Positions 1 through 11,327 of a DNA stretch of 64,000 bases are shown here, in pieces. The translations under genes were made by a program, and so were the position numbers. Below the pieces are notes generated by a model, which saw only the letters and a list, made by a program, of their open reading frames with translations, was not told the DNA's origin and did not search any database. Position 1 is the stretch's first letter. Each line of letters opens with the position of its first letter. The stretch comes from Antechinus flavipes (lineage: Eukaryota). Location: contig NC_067400.1 in assembly GCF_016432865.1 (NCBI RefSeq), positions 624,464,001 through 624,528,000 on the forward strand, given 5' to 3'.

Positions 1-56
1 ATTTTATCAAAAAAAAAAAAAAAAAAAAAAGAGAAAGAGAGAGAGAGAGAGAAAAC

Positions 57-545
57 ATTAAGAATTTTAAATTTCAGAATGAACAGAGTCAAGAAGTTTG
101 CTAAGAATCACAAAAAGGGGTAAGCTCACTACTACATACCTCTCAGATTGACTAAGATGACAGGAAAAAAATAATGATAATTGTTGGAGGGAATGGGGGA
201 AAACTGGGACACCAATGCATTAGTGATGGAGTTGTGAACTGATCTAACCATTCTGGGGACTGAATGTGAATCACATTATAGTTATTTTCATCTTTTTCTG
301 TTATTTGCTTGTTTTTTATTTATTTTCTCATTTTTTTCTTTTTTGATCTGATTTTTCTTGTGCAGTATGATAAATGTGAAATTATGTATAGAAGAACTGC
401 ACATGTGTAACACATTGGATTCCTTGCTGTCCAGGGGAAGGGAGGGAGAAAAATTTGGAGCACAAGGTTTTGCAAGGGGGAATGTTGAAAACTAATTTTT
501 CATATATTTTGAAATTAAAAAGCGATTATTAAAAATAAAAAGGGA
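57..545 (+). mobile_element. Degraded LINE-1 3' fragment (ORF2 C-terminus plus 3'UTR/A-rich tail)
   Basis: L1 ORF2-like text (ctacatacctctcagattg...tgttggagg...gaactgatctaaccattctgg) followed by a marsupial L1 3'UTR-like stretch ending in an A-rich tail; recognised by similarity to the other copies in this window; boundaries approximate. Confidence 0.6.
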
Positions 546-646
546 ATAAGGTCTTTTAAAAAGTAATATAATAATAAAAGTTATATAATAATATATAATA
601 ACAATAAGCTATATATTTTGCTTTATTATGTAATATAACAATCCTT

Positions 647-860
647 GGGCAGCTAGGTGGTTCAGTGATTAGATCACTGGGCCAGGAGTCAGGAAGATCT
701 GAATTCAAATCCAGCCTCAGACACTTCCCAGCTGTGTGAACCCAGATAGTCACTTCACCCTCTCTGACTCCATTTCCTCCTCTCAGATGAGTTGGAAAAG
801 CAAATGGCGCCAATACAACTCCAATGGGGTCATAGAGAGTTGGACATGATTAAAGAACAA
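647..860 (+). mobile_element. tRNA-derived CORE-SINE (MAR1/MIR family)
   Basis: Head gggcagctaggtgg..., B box gaattcaaatcc, core cagacacttcccagctgtgtga...catttcctc, tail gagttggacatgattaaagaacaa. Confidence 0.7.
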
Positions 861-1111
861 GAGAGATATTGTTATCCCCTTTTATAGAAGAAGGTCCCAA
901 GGCTGGGAGGAGATAAGAGGCTGAGGCTCCCACAGTTAGGATCTGAGGCAGTCTTCCTTGATCTTAAATACAGTACTCTATGTGCTAGGCCATTGAGCTG
1001 CATCTCTTGGGGGAAAAAGGGGCGGGGGGGGGTCAAAGGAGGCACAAGGGGTTTGCTTGGAATGGACAGGAAAATAATGACTACAAGTGGAGAAAAAGCA
1101 GAGCTACTCAC

Positions 1112-1159
1112 TTCCTGTTTTGTTTCTGTTTCCTCTGCCAAGAAGAATGATCTTTGCAT
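1112..1159 (-). other. Candidate 48-nt internal exon of an unidentified minus-strand gene
   Basis: Acceptor ttcggttttgtggcttcAG at 1161-1160, donor GTGAGT starting 1111; length divisible by 3; open in all three frames. Confidence 0.35.
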
Positions 1160-1659
1160 CTGAAGCCACAAAACCGAAATGACTCCCAGGGAGTGATTCC
1201 CCGAGATAAGGAGATGGTGTGAGCAGCCCTTGGAGCCTCCTAGCCCAGATGAAACCCGTACTGGGGTCCTAAGGGACTGAGAACCCCCTCCCCCAGGTCC
1301 TAAAGGGACTAACAGACCAATCGTTAAGTAGAGGTCAGGGCCGTGTGAAAGATTTTGGGGGAGATTGTTGTGGCCAGCACAACACAGGCCAGTGGCGGCT
1401 GAAAATGAGCGGGGCTGCTGATAATTTACTGAGAGAAACCCTGCAGCTTATAGATCTTAAAACCATGTGTTACTATGAAAAGCACCGATCTGTGAGCAAC
1501 CCCGTCTGTTTTCCATGATCCGGCTCCCCGGAGCGTGTCATTTGTTTCCAGAGGCTCAGTCTTGGGTAAAGTTTGCAATGTCCCCGTAAATGTGCCAGGA
1601 TCTTCTGCTTTCTCATGATTTCAAGCTGAAACGCAGCTTGATTAATTTCAGGAGGAGGG

Positions 1660-2190
1660 GAACATCCCAGTTACCGAAGGGATCTCTCTACAGGAGATAT
1701 GGCGGAAGATGGCAGAAGAAGAATGGTAACTATGAAATAGAGCGGGAGAGCAGAAAGTTAGCAAGAAAGGGGTTTTATGGAACCTATATATTATGGAGGG
1801 CGTAGCACCCTCCAAGATCTGTAGAGAAATAAGGAGGAAGTCAAGGGTGAGGGAAGAAGATGCGGGAGGATCTCAGGGTGGGGGGAGTTAAGTAATATAG
1901 TGGGGCAAGTTAAGGAGAATTAAAGCAAAGCCAGATAGGAGATGTGTATATAATGAGTGTATATGTATATGTACGTAGCTACATGGGGATATAGAAATAT
2001 ATCCTCTCTTAACTATGGCCTGCTTGGGGGGATTGAAGAGACGAAATGGGGGGGAAGAATAAAGACAGTTGCACAGCAAAGAGCAAAAGAAGAATTTCCA
2101 AGGAAGTAAAGAAAAGCTTGATACTCGAATAGAATTTCTTCTACTAATAAAGACACTTTTTGGAACGGGTATTTGTTCATTTAAAAAAAA
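1660..2190 (+). mobile_element. Probable L1 inter-ORF region fragment
   Basis: Purine-rich stretch (aagaatttccaaggaagtaaagaaaagc...aatttcttctacta) resembling recalled marsupial L1 inter-ORF sequence. Confidence 0.35.
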
Positions 2191-2295
2191 TAAATAATGG
2201 AAAAGAGTTCCCTGGTGGAAGTCACAATTAGCCAGGAGGAAGGAAACACTGCAAGAGGTTGGAATTGTCCTTGGCTGGCAGGCTCAATCCTTCTT

Positions 2296-2560
2296 TTTCT
2301 TTTCTTTTTTTTTTTTTAATTTTTTTTTTATAGCTTTTTATATACAGAGCATATGCATGGGGAATTTTTCGGCACTGACAGTTGCAAATCCTTTGGTTCC
2401 AACTTTTCCCCTCCTTCCCCCCACCCCCTCCCCCAGATGGCAGGTTGACCAATACATGTTAAACATGTTAAAATATACGTTAAATCCAATATATGTAGAC
2501 ATATTTATGCAGTTATCTTGCTGCACAAGAAAGGTCGGATTTAGAAAGAAGGTAAAAATC
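2296..2560 (-). mobile_element. L1 3' end (poly-T tail on + strand)
   Basis: T-tract ~2296-2330 followed by the reverse complement of the L1 3'UTR also present at 6000-6219. Confidence 0.75.
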
Positions 2561-2599
2561 ATCCGGCAGCCTCAATCCTAAAGGGATTTTGAGCCCTAC

Positions 2600-4100
2600 A
2601 GGAGCTGAAGGGGGAGAGACACCATAACGCATGGGGGCAGGGGGGGGGGGCACCACCTGACATGAGGAAGGGGAAGACACCGCTGGCCCTAGTGGACCTC
2701 AGAGCTTCAGCAAAGATGGGGATTGTAGGAAAATTGAACCGCAGGGATGTGCCTGACAAGGGGGGGCTGCCCAGGCGCTTGGGGGGGGTTCCTTGGCTGG
2801 GCTCAGCAAAGTGGGCTCACGGGGCTGACCCCCCCGGCGCCCTGCCCCGTCTGCCTTGGGGCAGTACTTCGGTCCTTGCCTGCCCAGGGCCCAGCGGCCC
2901 GCAGGGAGAAGATGGCCCGGATGCTGAGGAACCATCCCCGGCCAGTCGGACTCCCGGCCCCGCAGATCCCATGCCTTGGGCGGCCGCCGAGGGTGGCTCC
3001 GCAGACTGGCAGGCGCTGAGCGGCGGGAGAGCTTCGGCCGGCAGGCGCGGGCGGATCTGGGGGCAGAAGCCGTAATCCGAGGGAGCGCACGGCCGAGGGA
3101 TCGGCAGCCGGGGCTCCGGGAACTCTCCGGGGATTTCCGCGGAGTCCGGGGACGTGAGCTGAGATGCCAGGGGCTGCCCACGTGATGACGGCCACCAGAT
3201 GTCCGGGAGCCTGGGGGGGGCTCGCGGCAGGGAGGGCAGAGGTCTGCTCGGGCCGTGGGGCTGCCTCCGGGAGGGCTCTCCGAGGGGGGGGGGGGCGGCC
3301 ATTTCTGCTACGGCGGGGCCAGCTGAGGGCCCCCCTCGGGCTCTGGGATCGCGCCTTGTCCTCCGGCCGTTCTCTCCCAGCCTCCTTCGCGGCTGAGCCT
3401 CGGCTCAGGCCCCCGGCCGCGCGTCCCGGGCTCGGTCCGGCCCCTCATCCCTTCCGCCACTTCTTCCCGTGGGTCTCCTTGGCTCCTGTGGCGCTGTTCT
3501 CCCCCCGGAAAGCGGGGGGTAGTGAGGGCGAGGGGAACTCCGGGAGGGGCTCCCGGCTCTCGCAGGAGAAGCGCGTCCCCGGGGACTGCGCTGGCCAGGC
3601 CGCCGAGAAACGCCCGCTGGGAGGGGCGACGGGCTCAAACCGCCAGGGCCGCGCGCCGCACAGCCGGCCCGGGCCGGCCCTCCGGCCGAGCGAAGGCGCC
3701 TTTGGCCCAACGGCCCGCAGGCCGCCCGAGCCGCGAGGATCTCCGCAAACTGGCCGCGAATCCCGTGGGGGCCCCTCCCGCTGAGGGCGCTAACGCAGTG
3801 AAAGTCCTCGCCGGAAAGGGAAGTGGGCAAAGCCTTTATGAAGGGCCTACTGTGTGCGCCGCGCTGGGGCGCCAAGGGGAAAGGGAGAAAGGACGGAGAC
3901 TCCCGGGGCTGTTCTTTCTTCTGAGTTTTAGACTCGCGGGCTCTAGAGTCAAATCGGGAGTTCCACTACAACGGCGGTGTTTATGACTGAGCCTGTAAAA
4001 AGGGAGGGATGGATTTGGTGATGGCTGGGGCAGGGGCGGGCGAGGGGCTCCGGGAGGGCGCCGGGAGGGGGGCAGGGGAGGGCGAGGGGCGAAGACACTC
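2600..4100. promoter_or_regulatory. CpG island with a candidate minus-strand first exon (ATG 3302, donor after 2821)
   Basis: Dense CpG; minus-strand gcagaaATGGCCGCC (Kozak-like, YY1-like) at 3302; GTGAGC donor at 2820-2815; product not recognised. Confidence 0.45.
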
Positions 4101-4289
4101 AGCAGAATCAGGAACTTAATGGCCTCCAGCACCCACAGGAAATGGGTCTCAAAGGCAAAGGACAAGCCAAAAGGGAAACCGGGGCCGATTTATCCATTTG
4201 TGAGAACTGCCAGGGTCCCCCGCTCTAACCAGGAGTGAAATGGCCTTGGAGAACTGGCCATGTCCTTGGTATCGGACTGCACTGAAGTG

Positions 4290-4500
4290 GTTGGTCAATC
4301 AACAATCTACACAAGCATTTACTGAGCGCCTGCTAAGTCCTACACAAATACTCTCCTCAGTCCTTAATCTTGGGAGGTAAATGCCATTATCCCCATTTTA
4401 CAGATCAGGAAACCGAGGCAAACAGAGGCTAAGGGCCACATAGGTAGTTAAGAGCTGGATGCACATTGGGGTTTTCTTCAGTCTGGCTAAAGCACTATTT
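4290..4500 (-). mobile_element. L2/MIR remnants
   Basis: caatcaac...aagcatttactgagcgcc (L2 tail) and attatccccattttacagatcaggaaaccgaggc (MIR core, reverse). Confidence 0.55.
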
Positions 4501-4634
4501 TCACTGTGCCCCCTGGCCAGCTGCTTTGGGTGTGGGGGAAGGATGGTCAGTTTTGGACATAGTGAGTCTTTTTCTTAGTTTCGATTTTATTAATCTCTCC
4601 TTTGAATTTCAGAATTTCCAATTTGGTATTTAAC

Positions 4635-4985
4635 TGGGCGGGAGGGCTGAAACTCCTGAGTGGATGCACTGAGGTTGCACCACCGAGGGCTTAAGGTTAA
4701 CTATGGATTGGACAATATTCTATTAGCATATGCTTGGAAAATGGCCCTTCCCACTATTCTGTGCTGCCTCGATAATTGGTGTACACAGAGAATTGTAGGA
4801 GGGACGAGGGGGTGGAGTAAGGCAATCCAGAGTCACTTTTGGCGGGGAGATGAAGAGGAGAGGTTGTGGAGATCCTGTATCCATTCCCTTCTACCCCGAA
4901 AGACCAAGAATAAAGACCAAGGACTTTTGCTTATCCTGACTCCGGCTGATTCTAAGGTATCCAGGGAGATAACTCGGTCTTCACA
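4635..4985 (+). mobile_element. Solo ERV LTR nested inside a minus-strand L1 fragment (~4570-5265)
   Basis: TG...CA termini (tgggcgggagggctg ... gtcttcaca), AATAAA at 4909-4914 near the 3' end; L1-like sequence on both sides; TSD not resolved. Confidence 0.6.
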
Positions 4986-5261
4986 AGGGTTAATTTCTTT
5001 TTCTGGCTTTTAAAAAAATGAATGCCCAATTTTATTTCTCTATTTTATTCATGTAACTAGAGATATAAAATTTCCTCTAAGAACAGCTTTGGCTGCAGCC
5101 CATAGATTTTGGTATATTGCCTCACTATTGTTATTCTCTTGAATGAAATCATGGATTTTTTCTGTGATTTGTTTGATCCACTCGTTACGTAGAATTAGGA
5201 CTATTCAATTTCCAAATGGTTTTTAGTCTTTCCCCCGCCCTTTATGGGAAATAATTTTTAT

Positions 5262-6219
5262 TAAACACTATTGATCAGAGAAATGCAAATTAAGAGCACA
5301 TAGATACCACTACACACCTGTCAGATTGGCTAAAATGCCAGGAAACAATAATGACGCATGTTGGAGGGGATGCGGGAAAACCGGGACATTGATACATTAT
5401 TGACGGAACTGTGAACTGGTCCAGCCATTCTGGCAAGCAATCTGGAACTGTGCTCAAAAAGTTATCAAACTGTGCATCCCCTTTGATTTGGCAGTGTTAC
5501 TACTTATATCCCAAAGAGATCTTAAAGCAGAGAAAGGGACCTGTATGGGCCAAAATGTTTGCGGCAGCCCTGTTTGTAGGGGCCAGAAGCTGGAAACTGA
5601 GTGGATGCCCATCAATTGGAGAATGGCTGAATAAATTGTGGGATATGAACCTTATGGAATATTATTGTTCTGTAAGGAATGACCAGCGGGATGAATACAG
5701 AGAGGACTGGAGAGACTTACATGAAGTGATGCTAAGTGAAACGAGCAGGACCAGGAGATCATTATATTCCTCAACGACGATACCATATAATGATCAGTTC
5801 TGATGGACGTGGCTCTTCAACGATGAGATGAACCAAATCAGTTCCAATAGAGCAACAGTGAACTGAACCAGCTACACCCAGGGAAAGAACTCTGGGAGAC
5901 GACTATGAACCACTCCATAGAATTCCCAATCCCTCTATTTTTGTCCGCCTGCACTTTTGATTTCCTTCACAGGCTAATTGTACACTATTTCAGAGTCCGA
6001 TTCTTTTTGTACAGCAAAATCACTGTTAGGACATGTGTACTTATTTTGTATTTAATTTATACTTTAACATATTTAACATGTATTGGTCAACCTGCCATCT
6101 GGGGGAGGGGATGGGGGGAAGGAAGGGAAAAGTTGGAACAAAAGGATTTGCAATTGTCAATGCTGAAAACTTACCTGTGCATATAACTTATAAATTAAAA
6201 GCTATAATTAAAAAAAAAA
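5262..6219 (+). mobile_element. 5'-truncated L1 (ORF2 C-terminus plus 3'UTR and poly-A)
   Basis: ORF 5411-5803 has typical L1 ORF2 C-terminal text (KMFAAALFV..SWKLSGCPSIGEWLNKLW..EYYCSVRND); A-tail ~6205-6219; an older L1 3' piece follows to ~6600. Confidence 0.85.
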
Positions 6220-7913
6220 TGAGCAGCAGGATGATTTCAGAGAGGCCTGGAGAGACTTACATGGACTGATGCTGAGGGAAGGGAGCAGAGCCAGGGGATC
6301 ATTGTACACGCAACAACAATGTTGTACGATGATCAGTTCTGATGGACAAGGCTCTTCAACAGGGGGAGGATTCCGGCCTGGTGACGGACAGAGCCATCAG
6401 AGGGCTGTGGGGACCGAATGTGGATCATAAAACACTTTTTCACCTTTTTTGCTGTTTGCTTTGTTTTTTTAATCTCATTTTCCTTCTTTGTTGATCTGCT
6501 TTTTCTTGTGCTTCACGATAAATGTGGAGATACCTACAGAATTGTATCAGTTTGCCCTCGATTGGATGGCTTGCTGTCTAGGGAAGTGGGGGGTCATTGG
6601 ATACGTCCACTGGGCAGCAGGAGACGCAAGACTGGAAGGCGGGAGAGCGGCTGAGGCAGGAATTAGAGGCAGGCAGAGCGCGGGAGAACACAGCGGAGCG
6701 ATCGGGCCCAGCTCCTCCGGCGATTCTGGGACCCCCGGAGGGCCTGGCCCCTGGAGCCCCGAGCTGGGAGTTGGGAATCCGCCAAATTGAAAAGGTTTAA
6801 GCCTCCCCAAGCTCAGGGAAGGCAGGTGCTGGCAACGGGGAGCTTCCGGTCTCCGGAGGAGCTGGGGTGGGGGCAGGGGGCAAAGAGCAGAGACAGAGCC
6901 CGAGAGAGATGAGAGCTGCAGAACCCAGAGAGCCCGGAGATCAGGACACGGGGAGAGACGGCGGGATCGGAAAGGAGGCAGCAGAGTGGTCCGGCGCCGG
7001 AAGCTGAGGCTAAGCAGGCTGGAGGCCAGAGTCCCCACCAGTTTGGGCCGGCCGGAGTCCTGTCCCCAACCCTCGAGCTTCCGCGGGGCCTTCCTGCGGG
7101 GACGGGGTCCTGAGCCTCAAAGAACTCTGCACAGCCCCCAGGGAGGACCACCGGCACAGCCCCCAGGGAGGACCGCCGGCACAGCCAGGTGCCGACAGGG
7201 TCGGTCAGCCCAGGGAAGCAAGCCCGAGGCCTTTCAGAACTGGCGGGCTGCCCGACTAGACAAGGGGGGCGGTTCTGAAGTGCCAGGACTGAGGGCCCCT
7301 CCCCAAAGCCCAGGAATAGCGAGCGTGGCTCTCCTTCCCCAGCTTGCTCCTGCAGCCCCTGCTTCCCGCCGGGGCACCCCCCACCTGCCTGCTCCTCCTC
7401 CTGATGCCTCCCCCGGGCCACTCTCCGTCTCACACTCTACAGGTGCCCCCAGCTTGGTCGGGGGCTCTCCCCTCTCCACGTCTGCGTAGTGACGCCTTAG
7501 TTCTCGAGGATCTGACGGGTGACCCCTGGCGCGTCTCTGGCTGCAACCTCAGGCTCCCCCGAGCTCCCCGGAGCTCCTGTCATCCTCTCCCAGCCCCATC
7601 CCAGCCTGAGGTCCCCCGACCTCTCCCTTACCCCACAGTCCCGTGGGTGCCATGGGCCCCCTCCTCTCAGGTGTCCGAGGGGAGAAGAGCCTGACCTTGA
7701 CCCCTGGACACCACCAGCTCCCATCCAGCATCTGGCCCCTGGTGCTCCTCCCGTGCCCGCCTGCCCTCTGACCAGAGCGCTCCCTCCCAATCCCCCTTGG
7801 CTGAGCAGTCTCCCCTCCATCTGTTGGGGGCCCTCTGCCTTGCGTGGGGGCCCAGAGTTTCCTCATTTCTGTGGGAGCCAGGATAAAATCAGACTTCTTC
7901 CAGATAAAAATCT

Positions 7914-7919
7914 TTTATT
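7914..7919 (-). terminator. PIH1D1: PIH1D1 polyadenylation signal AATAAA
   Basis: tttatt on + strand, about 70 nt past the stop codon. Confidence 0.75.
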
Positions 7920-7987
7920 TGGCAGCAGGGGAGGGCGAGGCAGGCTGGCCAGGCCCGACACCCACCCCGGAGCCCAGCTCCTCCGTC

Positions 7988-10701
7988 TCAGGAGCACGCC
8001 GCCGTCTGCAGGGGCATGGAGATCATCAGGGTCTGCAGGAGGGACAGGAGGCGTGAAGAGCCATCCCCTCCCCCCACCCTCAGCACCCCGCTGGCTCCCG
8101 GGTCACGGCCCCCCCACAGCCCACCTTGCTCTTCCGGTTGAAGGCGGCCCGACACTGCTCTTGGTCAATGTGATGGGGGACAAAGATGTCCACGTGGTAG
8201 GGGGTTCCCGGTGGCCCCAGGACCAGCCGGTCTCCCCCAAGCTGAAGTGACAGCTCCCGGGCAGAAGCCTGGAACGGGCAGAGTGAGACGCCAGCTCAGG
8301 GCCTGGGTCCTCTCAACACAGACCCCCGGCCCTCTCAGCGCAGACCCCCGGCCCTCTCAGCGCAGACCCCCTGGCCCTCTCAGTGCTCTCAGCGCAGACC
8401 CCCGGCCCTCTCAGCGCAGACCCCCGGCCCTCTCAGCGCAGATCCCCGGCCCTCTCAGCGCAGACCCCTGCCCTCTCAGCGCAGACCCCTGCCCTCTCAG
8501 CGCAGATCCCTGCCCTCTCAGCGCAGATCCCTGGCCCTCTCAGCGCAGACCCCCGGCCCTCTCAGTGCAGACCCCCGGCCCTCTCAGACCCCTGGCCTTC
8601 TGGGTCCAACGGGAACAAGCCAGGCTCCAGCTCTCCCCGCCCCCCCTGCCCCAGGGCGCTCTGCTGAGCCAAAGCCCCCCCAGCACTTACCACTGTGGGC
8701 AAAACCACCTCAGCCAGGAGCAGGTCTGGGGCCTCCAGCCAGAGCTTCAGAGGGGGATGGGCAGAGCTGGGCAAAGAGAGAGACAGAGCAGTCCGTCACC
8801 AAGTGTTTCTTAAGCACCTACTGCATACCAGGGCCCCGAGGCAGCCTCCTGGGGGCTCCCACAGACGCCCCTTCTCTCCCTCCTCCCTCGTGCCCCCCGT
8901 GGGAAATGAGACAAAGTCCCCAGACAGACGTGGCGCAGCCGTGCAGGAGGCTGGCGTCCTCTGAGAGGGAGCCACCAACACCGACAGAAGCAGCAGGGCA
9001 GGGGCACAGGGCAGGGTGGGGGTCCCTGGGGGGTACGGGGCAGAGGGAGGCGTGCCAGGGAGCAGAGGCCCCAGCGAGGCGTCGGGCTCCTGCACACCCG
9101 CTGCCCCCGGCCCCTCTCACCCGTCTCCAAGCTCCTGGATGGTCGGGGGCCGCGGCTGGCTCTGGGTGCGGATGTTCTGCTGGGAGATGGAGCCCAGGAA
9201 GGGCCGGTACTTCAGCAGGCGCCACTCTGCGGGAGGCCGAGATGGGGCTCAGCGGGCGGCGGCCGCCTCCCCAGCCCCCCAGCGCCGGCCGGAGGAAAGC
9301 CTCACCTCGGCTGAGCTGGGTCCCATACTTGTCCTCCAAACCCTCCATGGCCACCGTGACAAAAAACTCCAGGAAGAAATCATTACTCTGGGAAAGACGG
9401 GGAGACGTTGCTCAGGCCTGAACCCCACGGGCTCCTTCTGGAGCTCTGCCCTCGGCGCCCCCCCCAGGCTCCCGGCGGCCTCTGCCCAGCCCCCCCCCCC
9501 CCCCCGCTCCCGCAGCGCCCCCTCCCGTACCCGAAGCTTCTTGTAGAAGTTGCTGTTGATGGCGACGTCATAGGCCGTGCAGCCGTTTCCTCCTGGGGGG
9601 ATGAACACACCCTGTGCCGAGGCCCCGGACCTCCCCAAGCTCCCACCCACCGGCCCTGGCCCGAGACAAGTCCGGGGACCCCCAGAGACGGAAGCAAAGG
9701 GGGAGCGGGGGAGGGGAGAGCGGGGGGGAGGGGAGAGCGGGGGCGGCAGTCACACAGACAGGGCGGGAGAGAGACGGGAGGGGCCGGGCCCACCTCGGTC
9801 CAGCTCGGCGTGGGGCTCCCCCAGACTCATGGGGATGCGGAAGGCGGCCTGGTCCCCCTCCAGCACACACAGCAGCTCCTGCTCGCTGAGATCGGCCGGG
9901 GCCGGGATGGCGTCCGACTGACACACGTTGATGAAGACCTTTCCCTCGGCGGAGCGGGTCTTGACACAGAAACCTGGAGGAGGAGAGGCCGGGCCGGGGA
10001 GACGGGGGCCACCCCCCAAACAACCCAGATGGGGGCTGGGAAGGCAGGGGTCATGGCCCCAGTCAGTTGGGGGTGGAGACAGGGCAGGGGTGTGGGACCC
10101 CAGGGTGGGAGCACAGGACCCTGAGGGGGGGTGATTCCCTGAGGTGGGGGGTGTGGGACCCCAGGACCCTGAGGTGGGGGGACCCCAGGGTGGGGGACCC
10201 TGAGATGGGGGTGTTTGGGACCCTGAGATGGGGGTGTGGGACCCCAGGACCCTGAGGTGGGGGGGGGGTGTGATTCCCCGAGGTGGGGGGTGTGGGACCC
10301 CAGGGTGGGAGCACAGGACCCTGAGGGGGGGGGACCCCAGGGTGGGGGACCCTGAGATGGGGGTGTGGGACCCCCGGACCCTGAGGTGGGGGGTGTGGGC
10401 AGCCGGCCTGGGACTGGGCCCTCTCTGTCCCTGGCCCCCTTACCGGCCTTGGGCTGGATCTGCCTGGAGTCGGGCATGGGGGACTGGGCATCCAGGATCT
10501 TCTGCATGGCCTGCGGGGACAGGGAGCCGAGTGAGCCGGCGCTGCCCCGGCCCCGCCCCCCCTCCCCGATCCCCCAGGCCTGCCCACCTGCAGCAGCATC
10601 TGCTCACACAGGCCCCGGCTCTCCTCGGCAGCCTCCGCTCTCGCCTCCTCCCTCAGCTCCGCGGCCAGCAGGGAGCTGTCCCTTCCTGGGGCCGAGGCCA
10701 T
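7988..10701 (-). CDS. PIH1D1: PIH1 domain-containing protein 1 (R2TP co-chaperone), 9 coding exons, 291 aa
   Basis: Exons 10588-10701, 10444-10510, 9794-9973, 9531-9592, 9306-9387, 9121-9226, 8691-8766, 8125-8268, 7988-8032, all GT-AG and in frame (876 nt); motifs GFCVKTRSAEGKVFINVC, FRIPMSLGEPHAELD, LKLWLEAPDLLLAEV. Confidence 0.97.
8309..8597. repeat. Minisatellite, 21-22 bp unit (cctctcagcgcagacccccggc), ~13 copies, PIH1D1 intron 7
   Basis: Direct tandem array read from the sequence. Confidence 0.92.
10085..10395. repeat. G-rich compound tandem repeat (ggggtgtgggacccc / aggaccctgag), PIH1D1 intron 2
   Basis: Recurring G-run units with a duplicated larger block. Confidence 0.85.
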
Positions 10702-11327
10702 GGTCTGGGCGGGGGGCGCTGGGGGCTTCCCAACCTGCCGGACGCACCAAGGGTCAGAGGACGCCCCCGGGGACTCCCTCCCCTCCCCCCAGAGGGGCCT
10801 GGGGACAGGCCGTCCCCACCTAAAGGACGCTTGGAGAGCCCGCCTGGCGGGGATCGGGACCCTTCCTTCCTCCCTGTCTGGTTAGTCGGGGACGCAGGAC
10901 GGGGCCCTCCGGGGGCTGCGGGAAGTAGGGGCGAGTTCTGCGGCCCGCCCCGCCCCCTGGGGCTGCCGAGTCTGAAGAACGCTTAGAGGTCGCAACCCTC
11001 TCCGGGCACAGACCGGGCACTGGAAGTGGGGAGGCGGGACCCAGGAACCGCTGAGATCTCAGCCCCGGGACCCGGCACGTCGCAGACGCCCCCAGCCCCA
11101 CTTCCGGCGGCTGGCTAGTTTGGCCGTCACCAGGGAAGCCACACTGCGGCCCTCGCGCCACACTTCCTGCCTACGACCCCGCCCCATCCGGCCAGCCCCG
11201 CCACATTTCCGGTATGTCGAGTGAACCAATGGGAGGCTGCGGCGGGAAAGGGAGGCGGGGCGTGTGCTGAAGGGGGCGGGGCTCGGTGTGTTCCGGAGTA
11301 GCTTTCCGGGAGTTTGGAGCAGGCGGC
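10702..11327. promoter_or_regulatory. Bidirectional CpG-island promoter shared by PIH1D1 and ALDH16A1
   Basis: Head-to-head ATGs 626 bp apart; ETS cores (cacttccgg ~11099, cacttcctg ~11161, catttccgg ~11204), CCAAT ~11226, GC boxes. Confidence 0.85.

Noticed and set aside
3722-3760. SREDLRKLAA, reminiscent of the SLC17A7 N-terminus (QEEFRKLAG)
   Set aside because: Wrong strand for synteny, no initiating Met or donor, no further SLC17A7 exons
8309-8597. CRISPR-like appearance of short tandem repeats (also 56223-56531)
   Set aside because: No unique spacers, eukaryotic intron context; ordinary minisatellites
8870-8962. Possible extra PIH1D1 exon (acceptor tccctctcAG at 8962-8961)
   Set aside because: Exons 9121-9226 and 8691-8766 already join in frame to give a normal-length protein; no homology
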